Shown here one piece after another: positions 51,941 through 62,094 of a stretch of DNA of 64,000 bases (positions are counted from its first letter, which is position 1; every line of letters starts with the position of its first letter). Below the pieces are notes generated by a model that was not told where the DNA came from, did not search any database, and saw only the letters and a list, made by a program, of their open reading frames with translations. The position numbers were made by a program, and so were the translations under genes. The DNA comes from Candidatus Poribacteria bacterium (lineage in GTDB: Bacteria > Poribacteria > WGA-4E > WGA-3G). The DNA lies in NCBI GenBank assembly GCA_965198235.1, contig OZ240248.1:1728001-1792000 (forward strand), given 5' to 3'.

Positions 51941-52047
51941 CTTTTCTGGTTCGCGAGACCTAAGCCCGTAATGTAATGGAGGGCGACTCTAAAAAAAAAT
52001 CTTCAATGCCCAAACCACATTACTTAACCGCAAGGAAAATTAAAAAT
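51941..52047 (+). repeat. GNA-hairpin element ending at a start codon
   Basis: gccc-GTAATGTAATGGA-gggc, ttaaccgcaaggaaaaTTAAAAAT before ATG 52048; near-identical to 55636-55744. Confidence 0.85.
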
Positions 52048-52530
52048 ATGAAACTTGGTGTCATGTCCGATAGTCACGACAATATCCCAAACGTCAAACG
52101 CGCTGTCGCACTCTTCAATGAAATCGGCGTAGATCTCGTTGTCCATGCAGGCGATTTCATCGCGCCGTTTGCTATTGACCCGTTAGCCGATCTAAACTGC
52201 CGCGTTGTCGGTGTTTTTGGAAACAATGACGGCGAACGCATTGTCGTTGCACAACGGTTTGAGGCAATCGGTGAGGTACATCCCAACCTCGCAAGTGTGT
52301 CGCTTGGCGATAGAAACATTGCCGTGATGCACTACCCCGAACTCGCCATCCCGATCGCCAAAAGTGGCGATTACGACATCGTCGTCTACGGACACACCCA
52401 CCAGATAGACATCCAGAAGGGGAAATCGCTCCTGCTCAATCCCGGTGAAACCGGCGGTTGGACGACTGGGAAGGCAACGGTTGCCGTTGTCGATCTCGAG
52501 ACGCTTGAGGCAACAATTCATGAATTGTAG
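52048..52530 (+). CDS. YfcE-family metallophosphoesterase
   Basis: SDSHD, HAGD, GNND, GHTH, LNPG. Confidence 0.93.
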   Translation: MKLGVMSDSHDNIPNVKRAVALFNEIGVDLVVHAGDFIAPFAIDPLADLNCRVVGVFGNNDGERIVVAQRFEAIGEVHPNLASVSLGDRNIAVMHYPELAIPIAKSGDYDIVVYGHTHQIDIQKGKSLLLNPGETGGWTTGKATVAVVDLETLEATIHEL

Positions 52531-52546
52531 GGACAGTGCGGAAAAG

Positions 52547-52876
52547 ATGAGATACAGAGATCTGTTTACACTACCGAATGGAGAAGCACTGGAAAACTTA
52601 CACCCACCAGAACCTAAGCAACAATGCCTTATCTGGTCTGAGAATCATGAACACGCCGTTGCTTCCATAGACGACGAGATACATCCGCAGGCGAAATGTG
52701 TCTGGCTGGGATTTGAAGATCCCGATGTTATCTATGCCTACGAAAAGCACTGGAAAACAGGCGACTGGGAACTCGTTGAACGAAAAAAGGGAAATATCCC
52801 GTTAGTAAACAACAATCCTTTCAAGCCCGACAGTGAAAGCGTCTTTCCTGTTAACAAAACACCCACGGATGCTTAA
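52547..52876 (+). CDS. Hypothetical protein
   Basis: 109-aa ORF directly downstream on the same strand. Confidence 0.55.
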   Translation: MRYRDLFTLPNGEALENLHPPEPKQQCLIWSENHEHAVASIDDEIHPQAKCVWLGFEDPDVIYAYEKHWKTGDWELVERKKGNIPLVNNNPFKPDSESVFPVNKTPTDA

Positions 52877-52902
52877 AATCCGTAGGCATATTGATTTGCA
52901 CT

Positions 52903-52960
52903 TGTAGGAGGGAACTCCGATTCCTGACTCTGCTTGTAGGAGGGAACTCCGATTCCCGAC
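52903..52960. repeat. Tandem GTAGGAGGGAACTCCGATTCC REP units
   Basis: Two direct copies; same family as 37809. Confidence 0.75.
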
Positions 52961-52992
52961 CTCTGACTGAAAACCGATGGCTAACAGCCAAT

Positions 52993-54270
52993 TTACTCAA
53001 CGTACCCCAAATCCCGCAACCTGCTTTCCAAAATCTCCGTCTCCTCAGCCGTGGATTCTTGTGCCAACAGGTGCTGATAATTGGAATTCATTAATATCTC
53101 ATCATAAGCGTCCCTGAAACGATCTGGATCCTCACAGGCGAGATCTTCGCCGTTCAGCACATGCCGATACACAAATTCACCTGTCTGCTCATCTTCACGA
53201 TAGAGATATTCACCATCCGTCAGCGACCAAAGTCGCACGCCTTCCGAATACTTACCGATTTCCACGTTGTCGACCGTCGTCCGAGATGTCACGCGCTGGT
53301 GCGGCATCTCTAAGTTGTCCCGGCTGAGGAACCCAACGCCGTAGAGACTATCCAACTCCGACAATACTAAACGGTTTTCGTCAATTTCCGATGGAGACAG
53401 TAGGTCTCGTCCGTATCCGTGATAGTCCACATCGATACCGGCAAGGTTCGTAATCGTTGGGAACAGGTCGATCGCTGAAATCGGTGGATTTGGGCTTTCA
53501 AATGAGAGGGCGAGGTTCGTCACACCGGGGATATGCGCCAACAGTGGCACGTGTAGCACGTTCTGATTGAGCGTGCCGCCGTGATCGGTAATCTCATCGC
53601 AGATGCCTTCGCCGTGATCTCCAAAGATGAAGACTGCCCAGTCCGAGAGTTGAAGTTGCTTCAGAATTTCAACCAGTTTAAACTCAAGTATGTGGGTTAC
53701 GGCGGCAAAGTAAAATCGCAATGCCTCATCTGTTCTACCACGATCCACAAGCGATTTAAGGCTTGGGGCACCCGGGATCCCGCTCATGCCATAACCGCCG
53801 TGTGTATACCAGAAGTGCAAAAAACAGAACTGTGGTACATCCGAAGGTTGCTTGAGTTGTTGGACGAGGTCTTCAAGCGCACCGAGATGTTGTGCTTCCG
53901 CGTTTGGGTCGACCGACGTGATAAACGGCTCAAAATCAAGAAAACGAAACACGTCCGGACGTTCGGAGCGTCCCGTGATATGATAGCCTGTATCATTGAA
54001 TATCTGAAACAGGTTCGGGATACCTTCAAACATCTTGAGGTAGGTTTGCCCGTAGACCCCGTGTTCAAACGGGTAAAGCCCCGTAAAATAGGAGGTATGA
54101 GAAGGACGGGTCGCGGGTGCCGACACGAAAAACTTTTCGGCGAGCGAGAAATCCTGCGTCAGCAGATCGAACTTCGGTGTGTTGAAAAGGGGATTCGTCC
54201 GACTGAGGGCGTCGAACCGCCAGCAATCGATCGAGATAAGTAGAAATTTATTGACAGCGTTGGTTTCCAT
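52993..54270 (-). CDS. Sulfatase-like / alkaline phosphatase superfamily hydrolase
   Basis: ISIDCWR.D, TRPSH, GDHGE, HVPL, LRDLGY. Confidence 0.85.
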   Translation of the reverse strand: METNAVNKFLLISIDCWRFDALSRTNPLFNTPKFDLLTQDFSLAEKFFVSAPATRPSHTSYFTGLYPFEHGVYGQTYLKMFEGIPNLFQIFNDTGYHITGRSERPDVFRFLDFEPFITSVDPNAEAQHLGALEDLVQQLKQPSDVPQFCFLHFWYTHGGYGMSGIPGAPSLKSLVDRGRTDEALRFYFAAVTHILEFKLVEILKQLQLSDWAVFIFGDHGEGICDEITDHGGTLNQNVLHVPLLAHIPGVTNLALSFESPNPPISAIDLFPTITNLAGIDVDYHGYGRDLLSPSEIDENRLVLSELDSLYGVGFLSRDNLEMPHQRVTSRTTVDNVEIGKYSEGVRLWSLTDGEYLYREDEQTGEFVYRHVLNGEDLACEDPDRFRDAYDEILMNSNYQHLLAQESTAEETEILESRLRDLGYVE

Positions 54271-54273
54271 GCT

Positions 54274-55635
54274 TTAGTCCATTAATCGCGCATTATATTG
54301 CCGCTCGGTATGCTGATATCTACCGAACAGGTCGGGTTGAAAAGGAGTAGGTGTGTAGATGTAGACAGCGTCGCTATACGGATCATAGAGGATTACCTCT
54401 TCACGTGTGTCGCCGCAGACATCCGCAGGAAAGCAGTGGTACCATCCCATTTTGCCGCCAGTGGGGGGCGGCAGTTCAGGGAACGTCACCACCTTGTCTC
54501 CTGCACTATCGAAAAGTGCAGCTGGGCTATAAATCAATTCACAAGCTTCGTCCCCGTGCCAGCGGATAACTTCCAAGCCTGTATTGTTCGGTGTTTCATC
54601 GACGTTAAATCGACTGTTAATCTGCCCGTTGCTGTCTACTACCATCAGGTCCGTGTGATGCCCGTTATAGCGGATAACCAAGGCGTTTTCAGACGCGTCT
54701 GGTAGTAATCTGCCACACCGAATCTCTTGTCCGTGCGGCACAACGTCAAAGCCGAGCGAGAGGATTGGATTACCCTCGGCATCAACCACCTGTCCACCGC
54801 CGGAGAGGATAGCCCGGTTCCTGCCGTTCCATTCGGAAACTAAAACCGAGTCCATGTTGTCGCCAAAAAAGTGATTCCAGAGGACCGTGCCGTCGGAAGC
54901 GAGTCCGAAATTGCCACCGTTGACTTCGTCGAGTCCGTCGCCATTAAAGTCGCCGACGGCTGGGATATATGCGGAGTGCTTTGGATAGCGAAACCACTCG
55001 TCGGTATACTGCCAGAGCAGTTCCAATTTATGGTTAAAAGCGAGCAGATTCACACCTACCTTCACGACAAAATCTTGGGGTTGTGCATTTCCGCAGAGGT
55101 TGGCAATCATCAATCGTTGATGGACGTAGTTGGAGATATGGAGTTCACCTTCAGCGGACGCATTACACTGGCGCAGCGCATCCGGCGCGAGGGTCCGTTT
55201 GACAGCACCCGTCGCACCGTCTAAAATCATTAGGCGAATTGCAGACAGATCCCATTTACTCACTTCTGGAGCATTCGCGTCTACCCAGAAGCAGATGACC
55301 TCTGCCTGTCCATCGGCATCTATATCGTGAATAGCGACGGGGCCGGGTCGGTCGGGTGAGAGGGTCGTTAAAGTGGTATCCTTCGCATCCGCATCTCTGA
55401 TTTCGAGATGTTTGTCACCGAGGGACCAGAGGGGTTCACCTTCCAACGTGAACGCACCGAGGAAACACGGATGAATACCGCCGAGCGATTTGTACACGAG
55501 AAAGTCGACTGTTCCGTCGCCGGTCAGATCGCCGATTCGGATGTCGCCACCCCACTCGTTTCCCGATGTTTCATTCAGGAATACGTCTGGAATTGCGATT
55601 CGTTTATAAAGATGTGCTGATTGTGGTGTGTCCAT
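54274..55635 (-). CDS. FG-GAP beta-propeller protein, rhamnogalacturonan-lyase (PL11)-like
   Basis: Repeated GDLTGDG, DIDADG, GDFNGDG and ADVCGDTREE Ca-binding motifs. Confidence 0.7.
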   Translation of the reverse strand: MDTPQSAHLYKRIAIPDVFLNETSGNEWGGDIRIGDLTGDGTVDFLVYKSLGGIHPCFLGAFTLEGEPLWSLGDKHLEIRDADAKDTTLTTLSPDRPGPVAIHDIDADGQAEVICFWVDANAPEVSKWDLSAIRLMILDGATGAVKRTLAPDALRQCNASAEGELHISNYVHQRLMIANLCGNAQPQDFVVKVGVNLLAFNHKLELLWQYTDEWFRYPKHSAYIPAVGDFNGDGLDEVNGGNFGLASDGTVLWNHFFGDNMDSVLVSEWNGRNRAILSGGGQVVDAEGNPILSLGFDVVPHGQEIRCGRLLPDASENALVIRYNGHHTDLMVVDSNGQINSRFNVDETPNNTGLEVIRWHGDEACELIYSPAALFDSAGDKVVTFPELPPPTGGKMGWYHCFPADVCGDTREEVILYDPYSDAVYIYTPTPFQPDLFGRYQHTERQYNARLMD

Positions 55636-55744
55636 CTTTTCTGATTCGCGAGACCTAAGCCCGTAATGTAATGGAGGGCGACTCTATAGAGAAAACCTTC
55701 AATGTCCCAGTTTACGCCACTTAACCGCAAGGAAAATTAAGAGA
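55636..55744 (+). repeat. GNA-hairpin element filling the whole intergenic space
   Basis: Begins immediately at the minus-strand ATG 55635; loop GTAATGTAATGGA at 55663-55675; end overlaps the stop at 55737-55739. Confidence 0.85.
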
Positions 55745-56501
55745 ATGCCTTGAAAATCCCGACGTAGAGGGCAAGCACCTTCTCTGGGTCAGAACCTGTA
55801 TAAGCACATTCATTGGATATATAGCCTGAGAAACCGATACGATCGAGCCATTGGAACATCTGTCGGTAAAGATCGAACGTCTCTGGCTCTTCCACCCGGT
55901 GCGTATGTACAGCAGTAATGTGTGTAGCTACACGCGAGAAGAGGGGATCAATGCTCCCAGCATCGCAACCGATGAATTGCGAATTGAAGACAAAACCGAC
56001 ATTCGGGAGATTCACGCCTTCGATGACTTCCATCGCCGAATCCGGATCTGTGAATGAGCCGTGCATCTCAATAGAAACGGTAATATCTTTTTCAGCGGCA
56101 TAGCTGCCCAGAGCCTTCAGTCCATCAGTGACGTAACCGACAATAGCATCGCGGTTCTCCTCGGTGTATCGGTCACCGAGCACTCGGACATGGTCACAGC
56201 CCATAAATTCCGCCATGTCAATCACACGCGTAACGCGTCGGACGGTTTCTTCACGGTCAGCGGCGTTTTCGGAGTGAAAATTTTGGCAACTCGTGAGTGA
56301 GGAGATAACAACGTCACTCGCATCGACCTGTGCCTTGAGTCCGTCCCAAGCCTCTCTCGGCGTATCCCATTCAAATCCGTGTTTCTGCTTGTAATCCATT
56401 AACAATTCGACACCATGATAACCGGTAGCGGCAGCGGTGTCAAGTATACGTCCGAGTTCCCACTCTTGGCAGGTTTGATAAGTATTCAATGACCATCTCA
56501 T
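55737..56501 (-). CDS. Sugar phosphate isomerase/epimerase
   Basis: GYHGVEL, IEMHG, HTH, SNEC. Confidence 0.85.
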   Translation of the reverse strand: MRWSLNTYQTCQEWELGRILDTAAATGYHGVELLMDYKQKHGFEWDTPREAWDGLKAQVDASDVVISSLTSCQNFHSENAADREETVRRVTRVIDMAEFMGCDHVRVLGDRYTEENRDAIVGYVTDGLKALGSYAAEKDITVSIEMHGSFTDPDSAMEVIEGVNLPNVGFVFNSQFIGCDAGSIDPLFSRVATHITAVHTHRVEEPETFDLYRQMFQWLDRIGFSGYISNECAYTGSDPEKVLALYVGIFKAFS

Positions 56502-56564
56502 ATTTTTAACTATGGCCTCCTGGGCATCGTTCCACTTCGTTTCACGATGGTTTTCGGTTCAGTC
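56502..56564 (-). repeat. GNA-hairpin element ending at a start codon
   Basis: Minus strand gactgaaccgaaaac-catcgt-GAAACGAAGTGGA-acgatg-cccaggaggccatagTTAAAAAT-ATG. Confidence 0.88.
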
Positions 56565-56616
56565 TGTCCCAACTGGGGAGATGAACGGCTTCAAGAATTT
56601 GATGAAGTATATCTTC

Positions 56617-57714
56617 CTACTCTTGTATTGGAATGGGAAACCAGAGTCCCCCAGTTTTCGTCGTTAACGCCCTATGCGTGGTATGATTAATGCCGATGAC
56701 ATCCACGGTAATGTTGTTCTGAAAGCACTGTGCTAACACTTCTGGTAGCGTGTAAGACCCTTTGCTCGCTTCATCGGTGACAAGAATGAACCGGCGGTTC
56801 ACCCCTTCGCGAAAGTTGACGCGGCGGATCGTTTTTATGATGGCATTGTGTGCCCGCTCATCGCCAGCAGCAGCGACAACATGTGAAGTTAACAGTCGTT
56901 TGTATTTCTCGCTATCCCGCGTCTGCGGATGGATAATCGTATCGCCTTCGAGATACCTGAAAATAACGATGCCGAGTGTGAAATCAACCCCTTTTTCCTC
57001 AAACACCGTTACCATCCGATTGAGTTGTCTGCCGACTGCACGGATATTATCTATCATGCTCCCACTAATGTCAAGCAGAAAAACGAGGTCAACAGCGGTT
57101 TCGGTTTTGCTATCGGCGACGCTCTCCGCGATACCTTCTAATGCCTCCCCCATCCGGGCATCTCTGTCGATTGGGGGTGCAGGGCTGTTATTACCTGTCG
57201 CTGTGTTCATCGCAGCCTCTCCTTGGATGGTTTTGGGCTTGGGCGCGATTGTGGGAGCCTGCGCATTTGCAGTCGCAATCGTTTTCCACGCAAGGGTTTC
57301 TGTGGTCTGCTCGCGCAGAGATGTCTCAGCCATCGGTAACCGAGCATCTGTCCTCAGCACGGGAATAGATGCACGGGACGCAGTCGGCGGAGCTGAATGC
57401 ATCAGTTTTGCAATGTTTGGGTTAACAGCGGGCGAGGTTTTAGAACGCGCAGGTGTTGACCGCTGCGTAGCCGGCATAGAACGTTTGCGAGTACTACTCA
57501 CATGAAAACGTTGGAGAGATGTCACTGAGATGGCTTCCGAAGTAAGCGGTTCCGAAGGTTGCATCGGTCGATACCACTGGATATAACCCAAACCTATAAT
57601 GCCTGTCGCAATGGTATGTAGAACCAATGAAACCAGAAACGCACGCCGAGTTTTCCTACGCCTGTGGTGTCTGAAGTGCTGGAGTTTATCTGAATAGGTG
57701 TCGAGTAGCAGCAT
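56617..57714 (-). CDS. Membrane-anchored vWA domain protein
   Basis: FLVSLVLH TM anchor, Pro/Thr-rich linker, MIDAS DISGSM, ILVTDE. Confidence 0.85.
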   Translation of the reverse strand: MLLLDTYSDKLQHFRHHRRRKTRRAFLVSLVLHTIATGIIGLGYIQWYRPMQPSEPLTSEAISVTSLQRFHVSSTRKRSMPATQRSTPARSKTSPAVNPNIAKLMHSAPPTASRASIPVLRTDARLPMAETSLREQTTETLAWKTIATANAQAPTIAPKPKTIQGEAAMNTATGNNSPAPPIDRDARMGEALEGIAESVADSKTETAVDLVFLLDISGSMIDNIRAVGRQLNRMVTVFEEKGVDFTLGIVIFRYLEGDTIIHPQTRDSEKYKRLLTSHVVAAAGDERAHNAIIKTIRRVNFREGVNRRFILVTDEASKGSYTLPEVLAQCFQNNITVDVIGINHTTHRALTTKTGGLWFPIPIQE

Positions 57715-57778
57715 TTTTTTAATGTATTGCTTCTGGGCTGCCTTCCATTTCATTTCAGGCAGGTTTTTTGTTAATTCG
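57715..57778 (-). repeat. GNA-hairpin element ending at a start codon
   Basis: Minus strand ctgcct-GAAATGAAATGGA-aggcag-cccagaagcaatacaTTAAAAAA-ATG. Confidence 0.85.
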
Positions 57779-57869
57779 CGACTGGTTTTGAGGATTTGAT
57801 CGGTTTTTCTTCTGTGACAAGAGAAGCTCCTGTAATGAGGCGGACAGGTACGAGATCAGTTAGTTTCCG

Positions 57870-60455
57870 CTACAAAATTGAGATCGTGCCCTGATTCCCG
57901 TCAACCCGAAGCATCTGTCCATCAGCAATACGACGGGTTGCGTTCGGGATGTTCGCGACTGCAGGCACACCATATTCTCTGGCAACGACTGCACCGTGGG
58001 ACAAGATCCCACCACGCTCCATTACCAGTCCCGCCGCATGCAGGAAAAGCGGTGTCCATGCTGGATCTGTTGACGGACATACCAGAATGTAATTCCTGTC
58101 AGATGGGCACACATCTGCCGGTGTCAAAAGCACGCGTGCCTGCCCCGTCGCAACACCTGCCGAGACGCCCACGCCTGTATACGTATCCACCGCTTCGATT
58201 GGCGTTGAGACTCCAATCTGGTCCAACGAATCACTAAAAATGACATCCGGGATCTCAATCTGAAGCGTCAATTCACGCCTCACCTTACGTGTGGTGATGA
58301 CATCGCTGAGAACCTCACCGTTTATGAGTCGTCTTAGTTCATCAGGTATGAGATAGAAGATGCCGTCATTGAGTTGATAACGACGATCCAGTTCAAACAG
58401 CGCACGGCGAATCTGTTCATAGCCGAGCATTAAGTAAAATTTCGCTGTTTCCCTGAAAGGCATATAAGTTCTTGTGAAGTCCAGTTCACTCTCGATCTGC
58501 TTTCTTAAACCCGTTTTATTTTCGAGCCGTGTGGCGAGTTCCTTTTCTGCGGACTCCCGTTGCTCTATCTGTTGTTTCGCACCATCATTCTTGGAAAGAG
58601 CGGTTCCAGCGTTCTCTTGCTGGAAAGATGCAAGGATCTGTTCAAGATAGGTGGTATCTTCGCGCCAACGGGGCTGTGCTAATTCAAACTCGTCAACGGC
58701 GCGATGCCCGTAATCTTTTAGGAAATCGGTAAGGGTCAAGTCTCCTGTTGCCACTTCCCACAATTTCGACGCAAGCCGCGGGTGGGCTTGCGGGACAATA
58801 GTTTCAACGGTGAGATTGCCAGAAATCCCACTAATAAGCCTGTTCGCGAAGGTTTTTACTTCTATTTCATTCAAGCACTTCTGAAGAGCCGCCTCCAATC
58901 GTTGAAGTGAAAATCCCGCGAGGAGTGTAGCGGTAAGGGCTTTCGATGCGAAGTCGTCCAGTGTTTTGGCTCGCCATTCTTCAAATTTCGTCACTAATTC
59001 CGCATCCGTTAGGTCTGAATATGAAATGTTTCGTTCTGCTTCTACTTCCTCCTGAAACGCTGGGAAGACCTCTTCGGTTAACGATCGGGCGAAGTCGGAG
59101 CGGCACTGACGTAGACGCACCTCTGCTCTGCTCATACGAATGATGTGGAGCGGCAGTTTCAACCAAAATGCGGCGTTGCTCCGCGTAATATCGGTTTGTG
59201 CTTGGGCATACATCGCTTCTTGTGGATTTTGCTTCAAGGCATTAAAATCGTGCGCAAAGGGGAAACCCTCAAAGTGGAGTTCTGCCTCGCGGTTCAAATT
59301 AACGTAAATTCGTCCACAAATCAGGTCGAGAATTCCCTCATTGTGGACCCGTTCACTCGGATAGAATCCCAAGCCTCGATACGCTTTACCTAACCCACCG
59401 GCACCCGACATAAATTCCTTCATAATTTTCCACGTCATCGGGAGTGGAGCCGGTAGTACCTCGGCGAGGTTGTGATGACACCAGACGGTACCATCGACCT
59501 CAGCACGCGCCTCCAATATCTGAATCTCCTCCTGACGGACTTTCTCAACGGTTTCTTTATCAACTTCAGAGGTCGGATATGCCCGCTCAGGAGATGCGAT
59601 AGCGTTGGAAGGTGTGGTGATGTAGCGGGACTGCAACAAAACAAACTGTCCACCTGCGAGTGCCCACTCAATATCCATCGGTTGTCCATAGTAGGTTTCA
59701 ACCTGCATGCCGAGTTGTGTAAGCTCCTTCAGTTGTGCGTCCGTTAGACTTGGGATGTCTTGCTTCGCAGAGGATACCTTACTTACGCCAGCAGCGGTTA
59801 CCATTTCGCACTTCGTAGCGATGTTTCTTTCCAAAATCTCGCCTGTTTCCCGCGACACGTGAAAACTATCAGGCGTGATGGCACCAGATACAACCGACTC
59901 ACCCAATCCCCAATTCGATTCAATGATAGAGGCGTTTTCATTAAAGGGAGCAACAGTAAAAAGCACACCGGAGACATCTGCGTCGCACATTTCTTGAATG
60001 ACGACTGCCATTGCCAACCCTTCATCAGCGATTTTCTGTGTCTGCCGATAGGCGATGGCTCGTTCCGACCAGAGTGATGCCCAGCACGCTTTAAGGGCGT
60101 CTAAAAGTCCATCGGATGTTACATTCAGAAACGTGTCCTGTTGCCCGGCAAAACTTGCTTCTGCCAGATCCTCCGCTGTGGCACTGGAACGCACTGCGAC
60201 CGTGGCTGTCTGCAATTTTTCTCGCGCCGTATGGATTTCCGCGACGAGTTCTGACGATAGCCCGATGTCTTTAACGCTGCTCTCATTCTGTTCCGATAGA
60301 CCTTGAACAGACAATCGATAAGCGTCTGTGGTGACACAAAAACCTTTCGGCACTGGAAACCCTGACCTCGTCAGTTTTCCGAGGTTCAACCCTTTTCCGC
60401 CGACGCAGGGCAAATCAGCATCATCAATTTCTGAGAAGTGTTTGATAAATTGCAT
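57870..60455 (-). CDS. PEP synthase-like / rifamycin phosphotransferase-like enzyme
   Basis: N-terminal ATP-grasp (GGKG.NL, AVRSSATAED..ASFAGQ, DIEWA), helical middle domain, C-terminal His swivel (GGILSHGAVVAREYG). Confidence 0.85.
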   Translation of the reverse strand: MQFIKHFSEIDDADLPCVGGKGLNLGKLTRSGFPVPKGFCVTTDAYRLSVQGLSEQNESSVKDIGLSSELVAEIHTAREKLQTATVAVRSSATAEDLAEASFAGQQDTFLNVTSDGLLDALKACWASLWSERAIAYRQTQKIADEGLAMAVVIQEMCDADVSGVLFTVAPFNENASIIESNWGLGESVVSGAITPDSFHVSRETGEILERNIATKCEMVTAAGVSKVSSAKQDIPSLTDAQLKELTQLGMQVETYYGQPMDIEWALAGGQFVLLQSRYITTPSNAIASPERAYPTSEVDKETVEKVRQEEIQILEARAEVDGTVWCHHNLAEVLPAPLPMTWKIMKEFMSGAGGLGKAYRGLGFYPSERVHNEGILDLICGRIYVNLNREAELHFEGFPFAHDFNALKQNPQEAMYAQAQTDITRSNAAFWLKLPLHIIRMSRAEVRLRQCRSDFARSLTEEVFPAFQEEVEAERNISYSDLTDAELVTKFEEWRAKTLDDFASKALTATLLAGFSLQRLEAALQKCLNEIEVKTFANRLISGISGNLTVETIVPQAHPRLASKLWEVATGDLTLTDFLKDYGHRAVDEFELAQPRWREDTTYLEQILASFQQENAGTALSKNDGAKQQIEQRESAEKELATRLENKTGLRKQIESELDFTRTYMPFRETAKFYLMLGYEQIRRALFELDRRYQLNDGIFYLIPDELRRLINGEVLSDVITTRKVRRELTLQIEIPDVIFSDSLDQIGVSTPIEAVDTYTGVGVSAGVATGQARVLLTPADVCPSDRNYILVCPSTDPAWTPLFLHAAGLVMERGGILSHGAVVAREYGVPAVANIPNATRRIADGQMLRVDGNQGTISIL

Positions 60456-60612
60456 GAACTTAAATCGGTCTGTGAAGGGTAGAAGCAAGTGAAGATAGTA
60501 TATCAGAATCTATCTACCAAATGCAAATGAGTTTGGGCTTGCTTTTTATGGTCTTTTGTGTATATTTTCTTTCTCGGTGTTTTGAAAGCAGGTTCACTGA
60601 ACAGAATTCCTT

Positions 60613-60641
60613 TTGACAAATCTCCGCAACTTGAGTAAACT
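60613..60641 (+). promoter_or_regulatory. sigma70 promoter, probably leaderless
   Basis: TTGACA-17 nt-TAAACT with ATG 6 nt downstream and no SD. Confidence 0.55.
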
Positions 60642-60647
60642 AACAAA

Positions 60648-61760
60648 ATGTTTCAGAACGCGACCGAAATTCTCACTTTAATCGCTTCTGCTGCTGTGCA
60701 GTGGCTCTTTTATCGGAAACGTTTGCCGAAGGATTTCGCACCTGAACGGATCCTCGTTATCAAACTTGATCATCTTGGGGATGTCCTGTTAGCGACACCG
60801 GTGTTTTCCAATCTCCGTCGGACGTATCCAAACGCTGAACTGCACGCGCTCGCCGGGGCGTGGAGTCGCGTTGTTTTAGAGAAGCATCCTGATGTCAGTA
60901 AAGTCATGGAATACAACTCACCGGCTTTCTGTCGCACAGGGCGACCGACATCACTCAGAGAAACGTTTAAGCTCTATCGCCAATTACGCCGCCAAAAATA
61001 CGATCTGATAGTGGAGCTTCGCAGCGATTGGCGGACTGTCTGGTTTGCGTTCTTACGGCTTACACCGAATCGACTCAGTCGTGCAGCCCTACAAGTTGCG
61101 AACAAAATGGGTTTTGCACAATTCAGTGGAACCCACGAAACGACGCGTAACCTCGATGTCTTAAAACAAGCAGGCATCCCAACGCCGGTACAAACCGCTA
61201 TCTTCTCAGTAACAACAGAAGATAAAAAATGGGCATCTGATCTCCTTGCCACATATCAGATTGAGAAGCAACATCCGTTGATTGCTATCCATCCCGGTTC
61301 TCCGATTGCACTAAAACGGTGGATGCCTGAGCGGTATGCAAAATTAGCGGATTGGCTGATTGCCCAAAAACGTGCACAAATTCTATTTGTCGGTGTGAAA
61401 GATGAAATGCCGATAATCACCGAAGTTCAAGCACTCATGCGGGGAAAATCAATCAATATTGCTGGCAAAACGACGCTGACACAATTGGCATCAATCTTGC
61501 GCATGTGTAATGTGTTTATCGGCAACGATAGCGGTCCAATGCACCTCGCTGCAGCGGTTGGTACCCAGACGATTGGACTGTATGGACCCGGAGATCCGAC
61601 CCGTTTCGGTCCAGCGGGTGAAAAGTGTCAGACAATTCAGCAGAAGTCTGACTGTCCATGCTTGGGAACGACCTGTCGATTCGGAAAAACAGGGTGTATG
61701 TCCGAAATTCAGGTTGCTGATGTGATACAGACCCTTGAAGCAACTGCGTATTTGACATAA
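60648..61760 (+). CDS. Glycosyltransferase family 9 (LPS heptosyltransferase-like)
   Basis: LDHLGDVLLATP, KRW, GNDSGPMHLAAAVG. Confidence 0.92.
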   Translation: MFQNATEILTLIASAAVQWLFYRKRLPKDFAPERILVIKLDHLGDVLLATPVFSNLRRTYPNAELHALAGAWSRVVLEKHPDVSKVMEYNSPAFCRTGRPTSLRETFKLYRQLRRQKYDLIVELRSDWRTVWFAFLRLTPNRLSRAALQVANKMGFAQFSGTHETTRNLDVLKQAGIPTPVQTAIFSVTTEDKKWASDLLATYQIEKQHPLIAIHPGSPIALKRWMPERYAKLADWLIAQKRAQILFVGVKDEMPIITEVQALMRGKSINIAGKTTLTQLASILRMCNVFIGNDSGPMHLAAAVGTQTIGLYGPGDPTRFGPAGEKCQTIQQKSDCPCLGTTCRFGKTGCMSEIQVADVIQTLEATAYLT

Positions 61761-61905
61761 ATTGAAGGATTTGATTCTAAGCAACAAACGCGCATCAACA
61801 GTGATAGGGTCGTTTAGTTTTAAGCATTTCATATGGGATTACAAAAGAACGAACAAAAACTTAGTTAAACCTGTCTAAGGGACCGCATCATAGTGACGAA
61901 TTAAC

Positions 61906-61934
61906 TTGACATATTTTTGTAAAGAAGTTATAAT
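61906..61934 (+). promoter_or_regulatory. Consensus sigma70 promoter
   Basis: TTGACA-17 nt-TATAAT. Confidence 0.75.
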
Positions 61935-62094
61935 GTCTTAAACAGCATCCATGGAAAATGTGTCTTAGCCATTAAGCGGCTAATTCTTGCCTTATGCACA
62001 TTTGGAAAACTGGAAAGCACGATTTTTGGATGCAATAGGCTTGCAACCCTCGCTTGCAAGCGATGTGATGAATCTAAAGGAGGAATTTAGAAAA

